DNA from: a virus
Reading direction: 5' to 3' (one strand)
Length of the DNA stretch: 64,000 bases
Virus record (IMG/VR): IMGVR_UViG_3300037484_000374
Location: 32,001-96,000 of that record
Within the stretch, counting starts at the first letter, position 1. Each line of letters begins with the position of its first letter. Under the pieces are notes generated by a model. The model searched no databases. It was not told where the DNA came from and saw nothing but the letters and a program-made list of their open reading frames with translations. The translations under genes were made by a program, and so were the position numbers. This document shows positions 48,199 through 57,738 of the stretch, piece after piece.

Positions 48199-49260
48199 AT
48201 GAGTAAGAAACTAACATATGAATTTGTAAAGGAGAAAATTGAAAAGGAAGGGTATAAACTTTTAAGTAAGACATATAAAAATAATAAAAATAAATTAAAA
48301 GTAAAATGTCCAAAGGATCATGAGTCCAAAATAAGATTGAGTAATTTCCATTATGGTCAAAGGTGTCAAGAATGTCCTTCTTGTGCGATAGACAAAAGAA
48401 GACATTCATATGAGCATGTAAAGGAATTAATTGAAAAAGAAGGGTATACTCTTTTAAGTGAAACATATAAAAATAACAGAAAAAAATTAAAAGTAAGGTG
48501 TCCAGAAAACCATGTATATGAAACAACATATTATAGTTTTAAAAGCGGAAGGAGATGCCCAGAATGTGCTGGTAATAAAAAACTAACATATGAACATATC
48601 AAAGAACAGATAGAAAATGAGGGTTATGCCCTTTTAAGTAAAGAATATAAAAACGCCAATAATAAATTGAAAGTAAAGTGTTCTAAAGGACATAAATATA
48701 AAGTTAACTGGGGTCATTTTCAACAAGGTGTTAGATGTCTTGAATGTTCAGGTAGTAAGAAACTAACATATGAATTTGTAAAGGAGAAAATTGAAAAAGA
48801 AGGGTATAAACTTTTAAGTGATAGTTATAAAGATTCCAGAACTAAACTAAAAGTAAAATGCCCAGAAGGACACGAATACTCGGTTAAATGGAATAATTTT
48901 CAAATTGGTCAAAGGTGTCCAGAATGTTATGCTGAATCATCAATATCAAAACCTGAAAAGGAAGTTTTGGAATATGTTAAAACTCTTTACGGTGAAGTAA
49001 TTTCAAATGATAGGACTCAGATTGTCAATCCAGAAACAGGTTGTAATCTTGAACTGGATTTATGGATTCCAGAGTTGAATAAGGCAATTGAGTTTAATGG
49101 TGTTTATTGGCACTCATCATACTATACTAAAAGAAAAGACAAAATAAAGAAACAACAATGTGAAGAAAAAGGTATTGATTTAATGATAATTGATGAAGAA
49201 ATTTGGAACCTTAACAAAGAAAAATGTTTAGACAAAATTAGAGATTTTATATTAGTTTAA
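48199..49260 (+). CDS. Zinc-ribbon-repeat (4x) PD-(D/E)XK homing-type endonuclease
   Basis: Paralog of 4656 and 16777; LELDLWIPELNKAIEFNGVYWH. Confidence 0.85.
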   Translation: MSKKLTYEFVKEKIEKEGYKLLSKTYKNNKNKLKVKCPKDHESKIRLSNFHYGQRCQECPSCAIDKRRHSYEHVKELIEKEGYTLLSETYKNNRKKLKVRCPENHVYETTYYSFKSGRRCPECAGNKKLTYEHIKEQIENEGYALLSKEYKNANNKLKVKCSKGHKYKVNWGHFQQGVRCLECSGSKKLTYEFVKEKIEKEGYKLLSDSYKDSRTKLKVKCPEGHEYSVKWNNFQIGQRCPECYAESSISKPEKEVLEYVKTLYGEVISNDRTQIVNPETGCNLELDLWIPELNKAIEFNGVYWHSSYYTKRKDKIKKQQCEEKGIDLMIIDEEIWNLNKEKCLDKIRDFILV

Positions 49261-49265
49261 AATAA

Positions 49266-49345
49266 GCGGGTATGATAAGCCAAGGGCATTGGTAAACTGG
49301 ACACCAGCCAGTAAATAAGGGGTTCGACTCCCCCTTCCCGCTCCA
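49266..49345 (+). tRNA. Atypical tRNA-Gly-like gene (loop ACACCAG, nominal anticodon ACC) or pseudo-tRNA
   Basis: GCGGG/CCCGC acceptor, U73, encoded CCA, GGTTCGACTCC T-arm, ACTGG/CCAGT anticodon stem; abnormal D region. Confidence 0.7.
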
Positions 49346-49371
49346 AAAATAAAATAAAGGAGAAATATAAA

Positions 49372-49863
49372 ATGACAATGAGCAGATTTGAACCAGCCGA
49401 GCAACAAGTGTATGATATGGTGTTTTCAGTAATGAAGAGTGGTTTTCCACATTTGGATCAATCCGTTTTTCATATTGTATGGGACACTAAGAAAAGAGCA
49501 TCAGGGGGTAAACTTGTAGTTGCCCGTATTCAGAAAACAAACGACCTGTTGCGCCATTTAACACTTACAAATGACATGGTAGAGGCAGATTATATACTTT
49601 ATCTTGACAAACTCGTATTCGAGCATATAAGTGAGTTGGACAAGGTTCGTGTTATCCGACATGAGCTACAGCATTGTGACGTTGATTTCGAGAAGAAAGC
49701 ACCATATGGAATAAGGGATCACGAAATAACTGATTTCTTCGAGGAAATCCAGAAAAATGCTGACGATCCTCGATGGTGTGAGAGAGTTGATACCATTGCA
49801 GAATCACTATATGACAAAGAGGAAAGTGGTGAGCCGGTAGAGGAAGAAAAAGAGGAAAATTAA
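49372..49863 (+). CDS. Putative phage metallopeptidase
   Basis: IRHELQH..DHEI.DF.E. Confidence 0.7.
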   Translation: MTMSRFEPAEQQVYDMVFSVMKSGFPHLDQSVFHIVWDTKKRASGGKLVVARIQKTNDLLRHLTLTNDMVEADYILYLDKLVFEHISELDKVRVIRHELQHCDVDFEKKAPYGIRDHEITDFFEEIQKNADDPRWCERVDTIAESLYDKEESGEPVEEEKEEN

Positions 49864-50367
49864 TTGAAAAAGATATTCATAATAAATGGTGCGGCCAGAA
49901 GCGGTAAGGATACTTTTGTTGAGACTGTAAGAGAAGTGTCTGGTGTTATACTCCACAACATATCAAGTGTTGGGAATGTGAAGGAAGCGGCCACAATACT
50001 TGGATGGGATGGAAAGAAAGATGAAAGAGGTAGACAATTCCTTTCCGATCTAAAAGATATATCCTCTAAGGTTTATAATGGCCCGTTAAGTTTCATGTTA
50101 GCCAATGCGCTTTGTATAACCCAGGGTTTGATTTTTTTCCACATAAGAGAACCGGATGAAATAACAGAACTCAAGAAGAAATGTGAAGAACATTCTCTTG
50201 ATGTAAGCACAATACTGTTGAAAAGACCTGATATCACACAGTTCACTAATCACGCAGATCAGAATGTAGAGAATTTTGAGTATGATTATATAATCAATAA
50301 TGATGGTAGTATAAAAAAGTTAAAAAAACAAGTAATAACATGGTTCAAAGGTTTACAATTGCAGTAA
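49864..50367 (+). CDS. P-loop nucleotide (dNMP-type) kinase
   Basis: IINGAARSGKDT, YDYIINNDGS. Confidence 0.7.
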   Translation: MKKIFIINGAARSGKDTFVETVREVSGVILHNISSVGNVKEAATILGWDGKKDERGRQFLSDLKDISSKVYNGPLSFMLANALCITQGLIFFHIREPDEITELKKKCEEHSLDVSTILLKRPDITQFTNHADQNVENFEYDYIINNDGSIKKLKKQVITWFKGLQLQ

Positions 50368-50380
50368 AAAGTGTTATAAT
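50352..50380 (+). promoter_or_regulatory. Sigma70-type promoter
   Basis: TTTACA-N17-TATAAT. Confidence 0.7.
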
Positions 50381-50405
50381 ATAGTAAAGTAAATAGGAGA
50401 AAGGA

Positions 50406-51461
50406 ATGAGTATAGGTGAATTAAGGGATAGACTTCAAAAAGCATCTAAAGGAACACATGTAAGCATTCTCTCGGAGAGTACAATTGCAACAGAAAGAAA
50501 TTGGTTCCCAACCCCATCATATGATCTAAACAGGATATTATCAGGCTCTCTTTATAGAGGGATTCCGAGTAAATGTCTTGCGTTGCTTGTGGGGCCAGAA
50601 GCGTCTTTTAAATCATCCATGATGTGTTTATGTGCAGTAGAAGCTCAGAAACAGGGATACACTGTTGTTGTGATTGACACAGAAGGTGCGTGGACAGGGG
50701 ACTTCGTTTCAAGATGGGGTTTAGACGCTGAGAAAATGATATATATTTATACTCCTTGGATTGATGAGATTTTTGTCTTACTCGGTGATATAATCACAGC
50801 AAAGGATAAAAAACTTTGCTTGGTTCTTGATTCTCTCGGTGGTCTTGAGAAATTAAAATTAGTCAAAGACAGTAATGATGGAAAAGCAAAAGCAGATCAA
50901 GGGATGCTTCAAAAAGAAATGAAACGTATGCTAAAAATGATCCTTAACATTTGCAAGGGTCAGGATAGTTCAGCATTAATGTCAGGGCATTATTACGGTA
51001 ACCCTACTGGTTATGGTGATGCAGAACAGATTGGTGGTGGTAAGTTTGCAAAATTAGCCCCCGATATGATTGTATCGTTAAAGAAAACACAGCTTTATGA
51101 GAACCCCGCCGCTGCCGCAAAGGATAGGATAGTAATAGGTAATCAGATCAGAGCAATAACAATGAAGAATCGGTTCGCCCCCCCTTTCCAAGAGGCTACA
51201 GTACAAATAAACTACCATGATGGTATTAATAAATACGCTGGATTGGTTGATATGGCTTTAACATGTGATATTATCGTAAAGGGTGGTGCATGGTTTACAT
51301 TACCTGGTGGTAAAAAAGTTCAGGGTGAAAAGGCGGTTTTAGAGGCATTTGCCGAAAACCCAGATGAAATTCTTAGACAGTTAGAGGAGATTATAAGTAA
51401 AACAGGTTATTCAACCACCAATGAAGAGTTGAAACTTGCACAGGAGATTGTCAGTGAATAA
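50406..51461 (+). CDS. uvsX: UvsX/RecA recombinase
   Basis: LNRILSG, GPEASFKS, IDTE, LDS, GGG, KNRFAPPF, GAWF. Confidence 0.93.
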   Translation: MSIGELRDRLQKASKGTHVSILSESTIATERNWFPTPSYDLNRILSGSLYRGIPSKCLALLVGPEASFKSSMMCLCAVEAQKQGYTVVVIDTEGAWTGDFVSRWGLDAEKMIYIYTPWIDEIFVLLGDIITAKDKKLCLVLDSLGGLEKLKLVKDSNDGKAKADQGMLQKEMKRMLKMILNICKGQDSSALMSGHYYGNPTGYGDAEQIGGGKFAKLAPDMIVSLKKTQLYENPAAAAKDRIVIGNQIRAITMKNRFAPPFQEATVQINYHDGINKYAGLVDMALTCDIIVKGGAWFTLPGGKKVQGEKAVLEAFAENPDEILRQLEEIISKTGYSTTNEELKLAQEIVSE

Positions 51462-51744
51462 AGTAATGAAAGTTCTGAACAGTGAACCTCTTGAATGTGT
51501 AAAAGACTGTGAGTTTCTTTGTCAATTAGATCACGGCGACCATTGTGATTATCATAAAACAATGTTGGTAACTGTTGATGATAAGGTTATCCGATGCAGA
51601 CAATGTGAGCGTCATGAACATTATAAGATTCTCACCGACCATGTAAATAAAGTAATTGATAAATATAATTTCTTTGTAAAAGATATGGATGAAAAGATAG
51701 ATAGACTTTGCTACCTTGTAGACAGGGTTAACGAAAAAATATAA
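51436..51744 (+). CDS. Hypothetical Cys-rich protein
   Basis: Several Cys/His pairs; true start likely near 51454-51466. Confidence 0.55.
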   Translation: MHRRLSVNKVMKVLNSEPLECVKDCEFLCQLDHGDHCDYHKTMLVTVDDKVIRCRQCERHEHYKILTDHVNKVIDKYNFFVKDMDEKIDRLCYLVDRVNEKI

Positions 51745-51759
51745 AAAAGGAGAGGTGAA

Positions 51760-52098
51760 ATGGCATTAGAAATGGGATTATATGTAATTGAGTATGACAC
51801 AAAACAAACGAGTTGGAAGGTAAACATCGCCGCTCATAGTTCAGAAGAGGCTGTAAAGTACCTAAAATCAAGGGTATCGAAAATTCTCAGAATAAAATCA
51901 ATGTCTATGAATAATAGGATTGATGCTATTACCAGTGAGATATTAAACAAACTTGCAAAAGTACAAACTCTCGAAGTGGAAAAAATAGTAAAGGTTGAAA
52001 ACACAGTCGAGGTTGTTAAAATGTTGTGCCCGTATTGTGATAGTGAATTTGCTTCCAAAAAGGCTGTGAAAGGTCATATTACAAAAATGCACAAATAA
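51760..52098 (+). CDS. Protein with C-terminal C2H2 zinc finger
   Basis: CPYC..F..K.V.GHITKMH. Confidence 0.7.
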   Translation: MALEMGLYVIEYDTKQTSWKVNIAAHSSEEAVKYLKSRVSKILRIKSMSMNNRIDAITSEILNKLAKVQTLEVEKIVKVENTVEVVKMLCPYCDSEFASKKAVKGHITKMHK

Positions 52099-52112
52099 GT
52101 CAGAGAGATATA

Positions 52113-52985
52113 ATGTCTAAAAAGATAATACTGTATAATGTTAATGCAACATTAGCATTAGAGTTAAGCAAAGTAAACACAATAGTTCCTTTACAGAATA
52201 TTAACAAATCTGTTAATGTTGTTTTTATTGATTGGATACCTACGAGAAAAAAACCTAACAAGGAAATGATCGAACAGATTCAACTCACTGAATTTTGCGT
52301 CAAGAACAATATCAAACTTGTTATCTTCGACAGACATAGAGGTATAACAAACCAAGAGTTCTCGTATTTAAAGAAACACAGAACAGTATTCTTGGAACCA
52401 ACTATAATTAACAGGGAAGGTTTTTTATCCCACCCTCTTTGGTTAAGAGTTCCAAAAAGTTCAAAAGATATGAGCATCAAACCATTTCTTAATTCGAGGG
52501 AGTTTGATCTTGGTTTTGTTGGTGACTCCACTGGTAGGATCAGCGGGATAGATACATTTTTCTCAAAGATTAATGGATATGGTGATTATAATGTTACCAT
52601 AACATCGAAACAATTAAGTGATCTCAAGAAACTAGAATATGAAGAGTTTGGGATAGATACCGAAAAGGGTAGATACACACCACCAAACATGAGATTCACT
52701 GTTATCGTTGATACACCAGCTGCCTATACATCTGGGTTTATGAATTCCACTCTTATTACGGCATTGGAAAATAATGTTATTCCCCTGTTACCGGACGCTC
52801 ACAGGTTCTATCACTCCATGTTTCGTGGGTTTGTTGTTGAGAACGAAATGGATGTTGCTCGATGGCTTAATGTACCGGTTGAATCTGGGTTCGGATGCAC
52901 GGTGATGATGGCCGAAAATATATTGAAATACTTTCCAGAAATGGAAGTTAAAAACAATGCTAAAATACTGACAAAACACTTCTAA
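52113..52985 (+). CDS. Putative GT-B glycosyltransferase
   Basis: FDLGFVG...R, FTVIV...SGFM..LITALENNVIPL pattern typical of GT-B C-terminal domains. Confidence 0.55.
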   Translation: MSKKIILYNVNATLALELSKVNTIVPLQNINKSVNVVFIDWIPTRKKPNKEMIEQIQLTEFCVKNNIKLVIFDRHRGITNQEFSYLKKHRTVFLEPTIINREGFLSHPLWLRVPKSSKDMSIKPFLNSREFDLGFVGDSTGRISGIDTFFSKINGYGDYNVTITSKQLSDLKKLEYEEFGIDTEKGRYTPPNMRFTVIVDTPAAYTSGFMNSTLITALENNVIPLLPDAHRFYHSMFRGFVVENEMDVARWLNVPVESGFGCTVMMAENILKYFPEMEVKNNAKILTKHF

Positions 52986-52994
52986 GAGGTATTA

Positions 52995-53123
52995 ATGACA
53001 CGGGAAAAATTGTTGATCATACAACCAAATAAAGCTTGTATGTTTAAGGGTGTCTGTATATATTCAGAATCTAAATGTGGACCATGTAAAGGAATCGACC
53101 CAACAAGAAAAAACAATTTTTAA
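52995..53123 (+). CDS. Small Cys-rich peptide (42 aa)
   Basis: MTREKLLIIQPNKACMFKGVCIYSESKCGPCKG; GAGG RBS. Confidence 0.4.
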   Translation: MTREKLLIIQPNKACMFKGVCIYSESKCGPCKGIDPTRKNNF

Positions 53124-53155
53124 GTGTGAAATGTTTGAGATGATGTCAAGAGGAA

Positions 53156-53866
53156 TTGATTAACAAAGTGTTAACAGTAAAATTAAAAACAAATAATCCT
53201 AAAATATTATGTGTGACCCCTCTCAAAAACGGGGATACTGTTTCTAAACAGACAAAGGTGACGATAAAAAGAAATAAAATACCTTTTAATTGGATCACGT
53301 TTGAGGGGCCACACAATCCAGCAAAAAATATGGAACTTGGTTTACAGAAGTATAAAGAAACCTATGACTCCATCCCACCATATATAATCAAAATCGATAA
53401 CGATATAACCATGTCCAGAGGTATGTTGGACAAAATGTATAACACCATTGAAAACTGTAAATCAAAATTCGTTGCATATTGTTATTGTGGGTTTGAGTTC
53501 ACAGGTGCATTAACAAACAAGTTTCCGGTTGCTAATTTTGATGCCAGAAGATTACTGCAAGGGAATTATATATCTTTCATGTCCCTTATCAATTCAAATA
53601 TTCTCGAAAAGATTGGTGGGTTAGAAACAGATGATAGCATGTTCAGGCTCCTAGATTGGGCACTGTGGCTTAAATTTTTATACTATGGTCACATAGGCAT
53701 CCCATGTATAAACGCTGGATTTACGGCTTATGCAAGCCCTGATAGCGTGTCTGCCCGTGGACAAGAGGATTATACAGAGAAATATGTAGTTGTTAAAACC
53801 AAATGGATTGACCCTATCATAGAGAAATATTCAAAAAAAGAACCTACAAATAAAAAAACACCTTGA
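53156..53866 (+). CDS. GT2 (GT-A) glycosyltransferase
   Basis: IKIDND DxD motif, NYISFMSLI, GGLETD..LLDWALWL. Confidence 0.8.
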   Translation: MINKVLTVKLKTNNPKILCVTPLKNGDTVSKQTKVTIKRNKIPFNWITFEGPHNPAKNMELGLQKYKETYDSIPPYIIKIDNDITMSRGMLDKMYNTIENCKSKFVAYCYCGFEFTGALTNKFPVANFDARRLLQGNYISFMSLINSNILEKIGGLETDDSMFRLLDWALWLKFLYYGHIGIPCINAGFTAYASPDSVSARGQEDYTEKYVVVKTKWIDPIIEKYSKKEPTNKKTP

Positions 53867-53890
53867 CACAATCATTATATATGGTATAAT
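53863..53890 (+). promoter_or_regulatory. Sigma70-type promoter
   Basis: TTGACA-N16-TATAAT. Confidence 0.65.
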
Positions 53891-53915
53891 AAGCTATATA
53901 ATTATTAATCTATTT

Positions 53916-54278
53916 TTGGAGACTGACATGGAGCATAATGACGAACTTAGTGCCTGGGAATATTTAGAAGATCAAATGCCGCTGGATATGGCGTACTTTC
54001 TTTTAGAGTGGTTTAACACTGTATTTACATATCCTTTGGATGAGTCAGAGTATGATGACCTTGACGCTTTAATTGAAATGGTACAAAATGGACAAGTAGT
54101 TTATAAAAGATGTCCACTGTGCTATAATGATGGCTATGAGATTGATGTTCATGATTGGTCGAGATTTCAAGGTGTTATGGATAATAATGATGTCTGGCAC
54201 GGTATGTTCGTAAATATTGACGGACTCGAGCACGAAATTTGTGAAGAGTGTTATGATAATAATGTTTATTTAAAATGA
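53916..54278 (+). CDS. Acidic Zn-finger hypothetical protein
   Basis: CPLC and CEEC. Confidence 0.55.
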   Translation: METDMEHNDELSAWEYLEDQMPLDMAYFLLEWFNTVFTYPLDESEYDDLDALIEMVQNGQVVYKRCPLCYNDGYEIDVHDWSRFQGVMDNNDVWHGMFVNIDGLEHEICEECYDNNVYLK

Positions 54279-54288
54279 GGGTGTAACA

Positions 54289-54483
54289 ATGGAAATTTTT
54301 AAGTTTTTAGCAATACCGATAGCGTTGTTTTCTTTTGCGTTTATGGATGGGTTTATAAGAAACGGTCTTGGAATAGAAGGGAAGATGCCGTTATCTATAA
54401 GATTTTATCATGTTATATTTTCTATAGCACTGGTATCGGTTGTTTTGTTTGTCATTAATGAAACAGGGAGAATATTTATATGA
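54289..54483 (+). CDS. Small two-TM membrane protein
   Basis: Two hydrophobic segments. Confidence 0.55.
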   Translation: MEIFKFLAIPIALFSFAFMDGFIRNGLGIEGKMPLSIRFYHVIFSIALVSVVLFVINETGRIFI

Positions 54484-54845
54484 GTTGCCCGAATCCATGT
54501 GACGGTTTTAAAAATCATAACCTTGTTGTTATTCATTTCAGTGATCCTGGCGGTGGATTTACAGGAATCTCAACAGTTGTCAGGTGGTGTAGTGATTGCG
54601 GTGCTGTTGTTGCAGATACTGATGTGGATGGTCGTACAAATGCTGGTGCTGAGATGATCATGGGTTTTCTAAAAATAGCATTGAACAATGTTGAATTTGT
54701 TAATGCTGAACTTTATAAGCCACAAGCACCAAATGAGCCTGATTTGGTCATCGAAGCTCCAGAACTACAATATGCCACCGAAGGTTTAAAGATAACCAAC
54801 GATACGATAAAGGGGAAATGTTTGGATAGCATCACCAAGAGATGA
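54480..54845 (+). CDS. Hypothetical protein
   Basis: VVRWCSDCGAVV. Confidence 0.55.
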   Translation: MSCPNPCDGFKNHNLVVIHFSDPGGGFTGISTVVRWCSDCGAVVADTDVDGRTNAGAEMIMGFLKIALNNVEFVNAELYKPQAPNEPDLVIEAPELQYATEGLKITNDTIKGKCLDSITKR

Positions 54846-54941
54846 TGGTGAGTATGGTAAATCATATTATTTTGAAACCCACAACAAAGAAATTTACAAA
54901 CATCTTAATTGGGTATATGAATCAAGACTGAGGGTGATATA

Positions 54942-55142
54942 ATGGCAGATATGAACGATAAACACATTGCAAAGATGATTTCAGAAGAGTTCTCAGAAGG
55001 TCTTGAACGTGCAGCCATGAATTTGTCTGGAAGATGGATTGAACTGTATGGGGAAAGAATGGATGAGGAGTCCCGTAGGAATTGGGCTACATTTCTGTTA
55101 GATGAACTCGATAAATTAAATGATACTATGGGGGTAATATGA
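54942..55142 (+). CDS. Hypothetical protein
   Basis: 66 aa, coupled to the RNA ligase gene. Confidence 0.55.
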   Translation: MADMNDKHIAKMISEEFSEGLERAAMNLSGRWIELYGERMDEESRRNWATFLLDELDKLNDTMGVI

Positions 55143-56164
55143 AACATATAAAATTCCCAGAAATTGGACAATACAGAAATATGATAACCAGTATAAAACA
55201 GAGATGTCGATATGCTGGAAAAGATGAAAACGGTGATCCAATTTACGATCCTAAAGTAATACTACCAACAGTTAAATTCTATGGAACCGTGAAACTTCAT
55301 GGAAGTTGTGGTGGTGTATCATTTGATTGGGACACTGGCGAACTTTGGGCCAACTCACGTAAAAGAGTTGTAACTATCGGTAATGATAATCATGGGTTTG
55401 CCGGTTTTGTTCATAAAAACAGCGAATCATTTATTACCATAATCAAAAAGGTAAGAGCACAAGATAGAAGCGATGGTTCTATTGTTACTTTATTCGGTGA
55501 ATGGTGCGGTAAAGGTATACAGAAAGGTGTTGCTATAAACCAACTCGAAAAAATGTTTGTTATATTTGGAGTAAAGTACACCAAGACCGTTTCAGAAAAC
55601 GAGGACATTAGTTGGTGGTCTACACAATGGGGAAATACACGGGATACTGATAATAGAATTTTCAATATCACTGATTTCCAAACATGGGAGATAGATATTG
55701 ATATTAATAACCCTGAGCAATCACAAAACAGACTTGCAGATATAACCCTCGGAGTAGAGAAAGAATGTCCTGTAGGTAGATCATTTGGTGTTAAGGGCAT
55801 AGGTGAAGGTGTCGTATGGTCAACATATGATGGAGTCAATGTTGAACGTTTCAAAGTAAAGGGAGAGAAACATAGCGGGTCAAAGATTAAAAAACTCGCA
55901 AAGGTTGATCCAGAAAAGGTAGCATCTGTTCAAGAATATGTTGACTATGCTTGTACAGAAAATCGTATGCTACAGGGTCTTGGAGAAGTATTTGGAGAAG
56001 ACGAACCAGATATTAAGAAAATGGGTGAATTCATTGGATGGGTTGCCAGTGATATTATTAAAGAAGAAAGCGATACACTGGTTATCAATAATCTTATTTG
56101 GAAAGATGTGGCCAGTAAGGTTGCTACAAAAGCTAGGATATGGTTGATCAAAAACTACATGTAA
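55139..56164 (+). CDS. RNA ligase (Rnl2 family)
   Basis: TVKLHG motif I, FGEWCG, GEGVVW, FKVKGEKH. Confidence 0.85.
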   Translation: MKHIKFPEIGQYRNMITSIKQRCRYAGKDENGDPIYDPKVILPTVKFYGTVKLHGSCGGVSFDWDTGELWANSRKRVVTIGNDNHGFAGFVHKNSESFITIIKKVRAQDRSDGSIVTLFGEWCGKGIQKGVAINQLEKMFVIFGVKYTKTVSENEDISWWSTQWGNTRDTDNRIFNITDFQTWEIDIDINNPEQSQNRLADITLGVEKECPVGRSFGVKGIGEGVVWSTYDGVNVERFKVKGEKHSGSKIKKLAKVDPEKVASVQEYVDYACTENRMLQGLGEVFGEDEPDIKKMGEFIGWVASDIIKEESDTLVINNLIWKDVASKVATKARIWLIKNYM

Positions 56165-56282
56165 AAAATGACTGTTCAGAAAACACAAATAAGAATCCCT
56201 ATATCTAAGATTGGTGTTATTAAACACAAACCAAAAAGGGTAGGGTGTTATGATAGAAAATTAAAACATAAAGGAGAAAAGG

Positions 56283-57197
56283 ATGAAAGTTAAAGTATTA
56301 GGACACACCCCTCACCCATTAAAAGTAATTTATGCCGGTGCAAGGCAATGTTATAAAGAGGGGTTCATTGGTGATAGTTGTGAAATTGATAGAGCGATGG
56401 CTGTCTTTAATGTAAAGAACGAACATGATGGTAATATATCAAAAAGTGAAATGACCAAACTATTAAATAGTTTACTTAAATCAGGGCATCAATCCGTATT
56501 TGAACATGTGAATATTACATTTGCCATTGATGGTGTATCCCGTGCTCTGACTCATCAACTTGTGCGTCATCGTATCGCAAGCTATTCCCAGCAAAGTCAA
56601 CGTTATGTTGACTTGAGAAAAGATCACAGTGGTGATGGTGTTCTTGATGCCCTGTTATCATTTGTTCTTCCACCTTCAATTAAAAACCATAAAAGAGCAT
56701 TGGAGATTTATAACAAAACCTTACGAGAAATTGTCAGTTCATATAACAAACTGAGACATCTTGGTATCAGTGGTGAGGATGCACGTTATTTGGCTCCAAA
56801 TGCCTCTAAGTCAAGAATTGTAATGACAATCAACCTGAGATCACTAATGAATTTCTTTTCCCTTAGACTCTGTAATAGAGCACAGTGGGAGATAAGAAAT
56901 CTTGCTAAGAAAATGCTAACCGAGTGTATAGAAATAATCCCTGAATTATTTGAAAATTTCGGGGCCAAATGTGAACAACTTGGTTTCTGCCCAGAAGATA
57001 AGGGTTGTGGTAAATTACTATCACTAAAGGCATTACTTTCAAAGGTAGATGAGGATGGTTGTAAACGAGGAAGACGATTCCTTAAATCATGGAATATAGA
57101 AGTTAAAAGCCCCGAAAATGATATAATTATATCCAATGATCAAGAAGAAACAAGGGAGGATGTTTGGCAACCACAAGATTATAGTAGATTTGAATAA
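56283..57197 (+). CDS. thyX: FAD-dependent thymidylate synthase
   Basis: GHQSVFEH, SRALTHQLVRHRIASYSQQSQRYV, EDARY, AQWEIR. Confidence 0.96.
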   Translation: MKVKVLGHTPHPLKVIYAGARQCYKEGFIGDSCEIDRAMAVFNVKNEHDGNISKSEMTKLLNSLLKSGHQSVFEHVNITFAIDGVSRALTHQLVRHRIASYSQQSQRYVDLRKDHSGDGVLDALLSFVLPPSIKNHKRALEIYNKTLREIVSSYNKLRHLGISGEDARYLAPNASKSRIVMTINLRSLMNFFSLRLCNRAQWEIRNLAKKMLTECIEIIPELFENFGAKCEQLGFCPEDKGCGKLLSLKALLSKVDEDGCKRGRRFLKSWNIEVKSPENDIIISNDQEETREDVWQPQDYSRFE

Positions 57198-57201
57198 TTT
57201 A

Positions 57202-57209
57202 TATAAATA
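57202..57209 (+). promoter_or_regulatory. T4-type late promoter
   Basis: TATAAATA. Confidence 0.65.
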
Positions 57210-57236
57210 CTCTATAAGAACTTATGGGGGGTTTAT

Positions 57237-57722
57237 ATGAAAAAAATTAAATTTATAGCATTTAAAGGTATCTCCACCATATCAAAGATCATAAGATGGT
57301 GGACAGGTGGTGATTATAGCCATATTGCAATCGGTCTTGATGACGATAATACAATAGAAGCATGGAAGCATGAAAATAGAAACCTAAAGTGGGGGTATTT
57401 CACGGTAAGTGAGAACCATACTCATGGGACTCAATATGAAATCTGGGAAGTAGAACTTCCAAGTGCTGAGTATCAGGTTTGTATGGACTTTTATAAATGG
57501 CTTGCCGATAATAAAATCAGGTATGATTTTATCTCTATATTTTGTTTTGTATTCAGGTTCTTAAAAAATGATAACAATACAAGGTTTTGCAGTGAGGGTG
57601 CAGTAGAGCCTTTGATTAACAGTTGTGGGTGGGTTGGGGAACCTTCAAAAACACACCCATCTATGTTTGTAGATATGATAAAAGAATTTGGGGCGGTGAA
57701 AGTAAAAGAATCAATAACTTAA
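57237..57722 (+). CDS. Permuted papain-like (NlpC/P60, YaeF/YiiX-type) enzyme
   Basis: IIRWWT..YSHIAI, YDF, FCSE. Confidence 0.75.
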   Translation: MKKIKFIAFKGISTISKIIRWWTGGDYSHIAIGLDDDNTIEAWKHENRNLKWGYFTVSENHTHGTQYEIWEVELPSAEYQVCMDFYKWLADNKIRYDFISIFCFVFRFLKNDNNTRFCSEGAVEPLINSCGWVGEPSKTHPSMFVDMIKEFGAVKVKESIT

Positions 57723-57738
57723 ATTTGTAAGGGTTAAA

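Noticed and set aside
49301-49307. Reading the tRNA as Trp (CCA) or as a suppressor
   Set aside because: CCA is off-centre in the 7-nt loop and the acceptor stem and discriminator are Gly-type
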